Of a stretch of 64,000 nt of DNA, positions 58,970-64,000 are shown one piece after another (the stretch's first letter is position 1; every line of letters starts with the position of its first letter). Both the position numbers and the translations under genes were made by a program. This DNA comes from an uncultured bacterium. Its GTDB lineage: Bacteria; UBP4; UBA4092. The DNA is taken from assembly GCA_964644695.1 (NCBI GenBank), contig CAZXWN010000001.1:306869-370868 (forward strand), given 5' to 3'. The notes beneath the pieces are model-generated. The model had not been told where the DNA came from. It saw nothing but the letters and a program-made list of their open reading frames with translations, and did not search any database.

Positions 58970-59066
58970 TCGGGAACTGGTGTAAAATAAATAGATTACT
59001 TTTCCAATTGTTATTACTGGAAAGAGTGTTTATGCCTGCAAATCCCAGATAAAGGAGTATGTCACT

Positions 59067-60332
59067 ATGGGTATGACCATAACAGAAAAAATTCTAGCTG
59101 CTCATGCTGGAAAAGAATCTGTTGTTCCCGGTGAACTTGTTGAATGCAAAATCGATTTTTGCATGGGAAACGATGTGACCGCCCCCATTGCGGTTAAACG
59201 GTTACGGGACAATGGAATTGATAAAGTCTTTGATGAAGAACGGGTGGCCCTTGTTCCCAGTCACTTTGTTCCAGCAAAAGATATTAATTCTGCTCAGCAA
59301 GTACAGGAAGTAAAGGATTTTGCCAAGGAATATGGTATTAAGTACTTCTTCGAAGTTGGGCAGGGTGGAATTGAACATGCACTATTGCCGGAACAGGGTT
59401 TGGTTTTACCGGGTGATATTGTCATTGGAGCTGATTCTCATACCTGTACTTATGGTGCATTAGGCGCCTTCTCAACCGGAGTAGGTTCAACAGACTTAGC
59501 TTATTGTATGGCAACTGGAATGACTTGGTTAAAAGTTCCAGAAACAATGAAATTTGTTTTCAATGGTGAAATGCCAAAGTGGGTCAGTTCCAAAGATATT
59601 ATTTTGCAGGTTATTGGTGATGTAACGGTAGATGGTGCTTTGTATCGTGCCATGGAGTTCGATGGTAGTACTATTCATAATTTAAGCGCTGAAGCCAGAA
59701 TGACTATTTGTAATATGGCAATCGAAGCGGGTGGTAAATCAGGAATTATTACCCCTGACGCTACGATTGAAGAATATGTTAAACCTAGAGCTAAACGACC
59801 CTATAAGTTTTATACCAGTGATTCAGATGCAAAGTATTGCTTAGTGAAAGAATACGATGCCACTAAACTGGAACCCGTCGTAGCATGGCCATTTGCACCT
59901 GATAATATCCACACAGTCAGCGAATCCAGTCATATCTCTGTCGATCAGGTAATAATCGGTTCTTGTACTAATGGCCGAATGGAAGACTTAAGGATTGCCG
60001 CAAGCATATTAAAGGGACGTAAGGTTAATAAAAACCTGAAAGTTATCGTTTTCCCTGCGACTCAAACTATATGGACACAGGCACTCAAAGAAGGATTGAT
60101 TGAAATATTCAATGACTCTGGATGTATTATTAGCCCTGCAACCTGTGGCCCCTGTTTAGGTGGACATATGGGAATTCTGGCATCTAAAGAAACGGCTATA
60201 ACCACCACTAACCGAAACTTTGTGGGTCGTGTTGGTCATCCGGAATCTAAAGCTTATTTGGCGAGTCCAGCGGTGGCTGCTGCTTCTGCACTGACGGGGC
60301 ATATCACGCATCCCGCTGAAGTGATGGATTAA
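59067..60332 (+). CDS. leuC: 3-isopropylmalate dehydratase large subunit (short type)
   Basis: MGMTITEKILA, GADSHTCTYG, IGSCTNGR, TCGPCLG, TTNRNF; in the leu operon. Confidence 0.93.
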   Translation: MGMTITEKILAAHAGKESVVPGELVECKIDFCMGNDVTAPIAVKRLRDNGIDKVFDEERVALVPSHFVPAKDINSAQQVQEVKDFAKEYGIKYFFEVGQGGIEHALLPEQGLVLPGDIVIGADSHTCTYGALGAFSTGVGSTDLAYCMATGMTWLKVPETMKFVFNGEMPKWVSSKDIILQVIGDVTVDGALYRAMEFDGSTIHNLSAEARMTICNMAIEAGGKSGIITPDATIEEYVKPRAKRPYKFYTSDSDAKYCLVKEYDATKLEPVVAWPFAPDNIHTVSESSHISVDQVIIGSCTNGRMEDLRIAASILKGRKVNKNLKVIVFPATQTIWTQALKEGLIEIFNDSGCIISPATCGPCLGGHMGILASKETAITTTNRNFVGRVGHPESKAYLASPAVAAASALTGHITHPAEVMD

Positions 60333-60371
60333 CACTGATTATTCGCTAAAGATGAAAGGAAGCATCGAATC

Positions 60372-60884
60372 ATGGAATTACAAAAAATAAACGGTAAAGT
60401 CTGGAAATATGGTGATGATATTAACACTGATTTGATTATTCCAGCTCGTTATATGAATACACATGATCCAAAACATCTGGCAGCACATTGCATGGAAGAT
60501 GAAGATAAAGACTTCGTAAAAAACATGTCTCCTGGCGATATTATTGTAGCTGGTAAGAATTTTGGTTGTGGATCATCTCGTGAACATGCACCAATCTCAA
60601 TCAAATACGCAGGGGTTGGATGTGTTATCGCCAAAACATTTGCGCGTATTTTTTACCGAAATTGCATCAATATGGGAATGCCCATTTTGGAATGTCCAGA
60701 AGCGGTAGAAGATATTCAGCAGGGTGATGTTTTAGATATTGATTTAAATACGGGTGTGATTGTAAATAAAACACAGAATAAAACATATACGGCCCATGCG
60801 TTTCCTCCTTTCATGCGTAATTTAATGGAAGCCGGCGGACTCATGAACTATGCAAAAGCCAAATTGGCAGAGATGAATAAATAA
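60372..60884 (+). CDS. leuD: 3-isopropylmalate dehydratase small subunit
   Basis: [34 protein letters not shown]. Confidence 0.94.
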   Translation: MELQKINGKVWKYGDDINTDLIIPARYMNTHDPKHLAAHCMEDEDKDFVKNMSPGDIIVAGKNFGCGSSREHAPISIKYAGVGCVIAKTFARIFYRNCINMGMPILECPEAVEDIQQGDVLDIDLNTGVIVNKTQNKTYTAHAFPPFMRNLMEAGGLMNYAKAKLAEMNK

Positions 60885-60916
60885 TTCAGCGTAAAGCGTT
60901 TTATCTGACATAAAAT

Positions 60917-60948
60917 AAACGGGCCGATATTGGCCCGTTTTTTGTTTT
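60917..60948 (+). terminator. Intrinsic terminator of leuACD
   Basis: AAACGGGCCG-ATAT-TGGCCCGTTT followed by TTTGTTTT. Confidence 0.85.
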
Positions 60949-60966
60949 ATATATTAAGGTACCCGA

Positions 60967-62286
60967 TTGAAAAAAACACCCGAAATAGTAATTATTGGAG
61001 CAGGAATTACTGGCTTAGTAACTGCATTACGGTTATCTAAAGCCGGTTTTAATGTCATTATCCTTGAAAGCTCATCTGAAGTGGGGGGGCTATTAGGAAC
61101 TTATAAAACGCCTAATTATGAAATTGAACGGTTTTACCACCATATCCTTCCCTATGATAATGAACTAATAGACCTGATAAAAGAATTAGGTCTTTCTGAT
61201 GATCTTATTCAGATGCCAGCTTCTGTTGGTAATTTGGTCAGAGGGAGGATATACCCACTAAATAATCCACTGCAAGTGATGAGATATCCTTATTTGTCTT
61301 TTCAAGATAAATGTCGATTGTTTTTTCTGACCCAAAAGGTAAAATCCATCTCAGATACTAAAATTCTAGATAAATTAACAGCGCAGGAATGGCTGATTGA
61401 AATGGTTGGACATTCAGCTTATCAGAGTTTTTTTTACCCTTTATTACTCAGTAAGTTTGGTGGGAATTTTGAAGATATATCTGCTGCATGGATAGCTGAA
61501 CGAGTAAAAATAAGATCTGACAGGTCGTTTTTTACTGGAGAAAAGTTAAGCTATTTAAAAAGAGGCTTTGGGATATTTCTGGAGAGAATACTTCAGAAAT
61601 TGGAAGAGAATAAAGTTCAAATCTTCAGGAATTCACCTGTAATTGAGATATGTTCTGAAAATGGCCGTGTAGTGGGAGTGAAGACAGACCAGTTATATCT
61701 GGCTGACCATGTTGTCAGCACTTTGCCATCAAAGATATTAATAAAAATTGGTAAAAACATCTTACCAACTAATGTTGTCAATAAGTTAGCCTTGATTGAT
61801 TATCAACATTCTATGTGCTTATTACTGTCTTTGAAAAAATCTATCAATAAAAACTATTGGGTTAATATCACAGACAAGAATATTCCATTTAGAGTCCTCA
61901 TTGAGCACACAAACTTTTACCGTAGACCTTATGGGGATGAACACTTGGTATATTTGGCAACATATTTTAAAGATAATGAAACTCAGTATTTTGAATATAA
62001 TGATAGTGGGATATTTAATTTATGGTTTTCTGAACTTAAGTCCCTTTTTAACGTGTCAGAGAATGATTTGAATGGATGGAAATTGTCTTGTGGGATGAAT
62101 TCCTCTCCAATCTACAAGACCGGTTACTTGGATAATATTAGTTTTGACCCCCATATGGTTTCAGGATTAAGCATGACTGGAATGATGTTTAATTATCCAG
62201 AGCGTTCATTAAATGAAGCAGTGAAACAAGCTAACAAATTGTCCTGTCACATTGTAAATAATGGCCAATTTTTTACTGTAGATTAA
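60967..62286 (+). CDS. FAD-dependent oxidoreductase (amine oxidase / protoporphyrinogen oxidase-like fold)
   Basis: IIGAGITGL...E...GGL, IERFYHHI, ISAAW, YPERSLN; substrate not assignable. Confidence 0.8.
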   Translation: MKKTPEIVIIGAGITGLVTALRLSKAGFNVIILESSSEVGGLLGTYKTPNYEIERFYHHILPYDNELIDLIKELGLSDDLIQMPASVGNLVRGRIYPLNNPLQVMRYPYLSFQDKCRLFFLTQKVKSISDTKILDKLTAQEWLIEMVGHSAYQSFFYPLLLSKFGGNFEDISAAWIAERVKIRSDRSFFTGEKLSYLKRGFGIFLERILQKLEENKVQIFRNSPVIEICSENGRVVGVKTDQLYLADHVVSTLPSKILIKIGKNILPTNVVNKLALIDYQHSMCLLLSLKKSINKNYWVNITDKNIPFRVLIEHTNFYRRPYGDEHLVYLATYFKDNETQYFEYNDSGIFNLWFSELKSLFNVSENDLNGWKLSCGMNSSPIYKTGYLDNISFDPHMVSGLSMTGMMFNYPERSLNEAVKQANKLSCHIVNNGQFFTVD

Positions 62287-62376
62287 ATTATAGTTGCATT
62301 TAGTACAAGATGAACTAAAATGAAGTTAAACAGGTGAATAAATGTATATGCCAATCGTTAGAATTGAGGGTATAAA

Positions 62377-63747
62377 ATGTTGACACTTAATGAGCGCACG
62401 AATCATCCCTCACCCAAGGGTGTTATTTTACTTGTAGTAATGATTGTTACTTTAATTTTAGCCATAGTAGCAACCACTTTGTTAGGAATGGGATTGTTCT
62501 CATTACAGCAAGCCACCTTTTATCAGGATTATAATCAAGCCTTGTACACCGCCGAATCTGGTCTAAACTATGCAATAGCGCATGGACTGTCTTCTGGATT
62601 AACCAGCTCCACAACTGGAACAATCAATAATGCATCTTTTTATGTGATTTCCAGCACAATAAGTGGGGATACTATTAGATTAATGTCTACAGCCACGGTG
62701 TACAGGCTAACCAGCAGGGTTAGAGCTGTTTCTGTAGATGTTTCCACCAGAGATCCATGGAAACATATGATTTGGCAAGCAAATAGTGATCAACCTGCAG
62801 GGAAAGATCCTACCAAATATCCCAATGGTTATAATTCAACATCAAATGGTCCTGAATTTGGTGAAGGTAAAATAGGGATTATTTCTTATTCGACTCCAGG
62901 ATGGCCCTACGGGGGAAAGAAATTTGAACCCTATTGGGAGCGGATATTGGATGAAACGATTCCAAATGCTGTTTACATTGGACGAGATACGACCATAATC
63001 AACTGGAGACACTCTTCTTCAGGAAGTGTTCATCAATGGAAAGGTCCAGGAAATACTTTACCGACTTGGTTCTCGAGTTCCGTAAGAGGATTATCGGTCA
63101 CTGTTACTAATCCAAGTACATACAATGTGTATGGGGCGTATACTGGATTGCTTTATATTCAAGGCACAATGAATATTACAAGTGGTAGCGGTTTATTTGT
63201 ATATGGACAAGTTTATGTTGTTAATGGAAATATAAATATAGATAAAACATTGATGACTGTATTCAAGATTACCACCCAAAGCCCTGCTAGTTCAGTCGTG
63301 TCTCCTACCGATACCGAAGGGGTTCCTTATACTAAATATTTAACGATTGCATGTCTTGACCCTTATGCCCCAACCACTATTGACCCCAACTTAAATACCA
63401 GTAGTTTAAATCAGAATGCAGGCGTGATTAATGTTCCAGCGGGAAACAGTGGGATAAAAATGGGACAGATTGGATCTACCGGCATACCTGACTATCCCGG
63501 AGGAGCGATGTATATCTCCAATATCAGTAAGAAAAATGGTAATGGCGTTATGATATACGGTTCCGTCATGCAATTGGCTAATGACATTAATGGTTGGCCT
63601 GCTGGAAATAAAACTAATTGTGGTTGGAAATATGATCCATCTGTTTCGGCCAACTCTCCAATTTTCGGTGTGGATGTGTCATTCCTGACAGATAAAAATG
63701 TTTTACCCAAGACTTGGAGAGAATTACCTGTGAGCTGGTCATTATGA
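62377..63747 (+). CDS. PilX-like type IV minor pilin
   Basis: Prepilin-like KG|VILLVVMIV without Glu+5, then QALYTAESGLNYA; C-terminal TWREL; GAGGG RBS. Confidence 0.8.
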   Translation: MLTLNERTNHPSPKGVILLVVMIVTLILAIVATTLLGMGLFSLQQATFYQDYNQALYTAESGLNYAIAHGLSSGLTSSTTGTINNASFYVISSTISGDTIRLMSTATVYRLTSRVRAVSVDVSTRDPWKHMIWQANSDQPAGKDPTKYPNGYNSTSNGPEFGEGKIGIISYSTPGWPYGGKKFEPYWERILDETIPNAVYIGRDTTIINWRHSSSGSVHQWKGPGNTLPTWFSSSVRGLSVTVTNPSTYNVYGAYTGLLYIQGTMNITSGSGLFVYGQVYVVNGNINIDKTLMTVFKITTQSPASSVVSPTDTEGVPYTKYLTIACLDPYAPTTIDPNLNTSSLNQNAGVINVPAGNSGIKMGQIGSTGIPDYPGGAMYISNISKKNGNGVMIYGSVMQLANDINGWPAGNKTNCGWKYDPSVSANSPIFGVDVSFLTDKNVLPKTWRELPVSWSL

Positions 63748-64000
63748 TGAAGAAAACATTAAAAAATATCCATGGCTTCACACTGCCTGAAATAGTCATT
63801 GGTGCCTTTATTCTTAGTATTGCGGTATTGGCGATATTTGGTTCAATTCTATGGGGGAAGTATAACGCGACCCGCGCTCAATACCTTGTTGCCGCGTCTG
63901 CTGTAGGAAGAAACCAGGTGGAGATTATAAAGTCTCTGGGTTACTTCAATGCCACAGATTCTACATACAATTTACTGGGTATCAGTAGTACGATGTTTAA
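63744..64000 (+). CDS. Type IV minor pilin (PilV-like), partial
   Basis: ATGA overlap with the PilX-like stop; MMKKTLKNIHG|FTLPEIVIGAFILSIAVLAIFG class III signal with Glu+5; frame open to the window end. Confidence 0.85.
   Translation, partial: MMKKTLKNIHGFTLPEIVIGAFILSIAVLAIFGSILWGKYNATRAQYLVAASAVGRNQVEIIKSLGYFNATDSTYNLLGISSTMF

Noticed and set aside
62287-62376. Sigma54 promoter upstream of the pilin locus
   Set aside because: No TGGCAC-N5-TTGC-like -24/-12 motif was found.

Overview
AT-rich, densely packed bacterial chromosomal window made up mostly of core genes: kdsA, argC, ribF, surE, ugd, gpsA, nth, murI, rel, rpmB, recG, psd/pssA, priA, recF, pdp, rbsK, glyS, nadK, tlyA, and leuACD behind a Leu T-box. 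It also holds tRNA-Pro(CGG), tRNA-Val(CAC), several envelope glycosylation genes and the start of a minor-pilin locus. kdsA suggests a diderm; the lineage cannot be named from this window alone. No CRISPR array, integrase, transposase or prophage was seen. Three signals stand out. (1) A 28-40 bp palindrome (core ATCGAACAAGATCGATCTTGTTCGAT, TCGA units 10 bp apart) occurs four times: three copies in divergent intergenic regions and one perfect copy inside a membrane-protein CDS. (2) At the left edge, a 1236-aa bitopic beta-propeller/3xSPOR/TPR/TM/lectin-fold protein precedes a >1419-aa protein that is missing from the ORF track and fuses a DnaG-primase-type zinc finger to a very long TPR array. 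(3) An orphan sigma70 promoter-terminator unit may encode a small RNA. All family assignments come from motif recognition by eye, not database searches.
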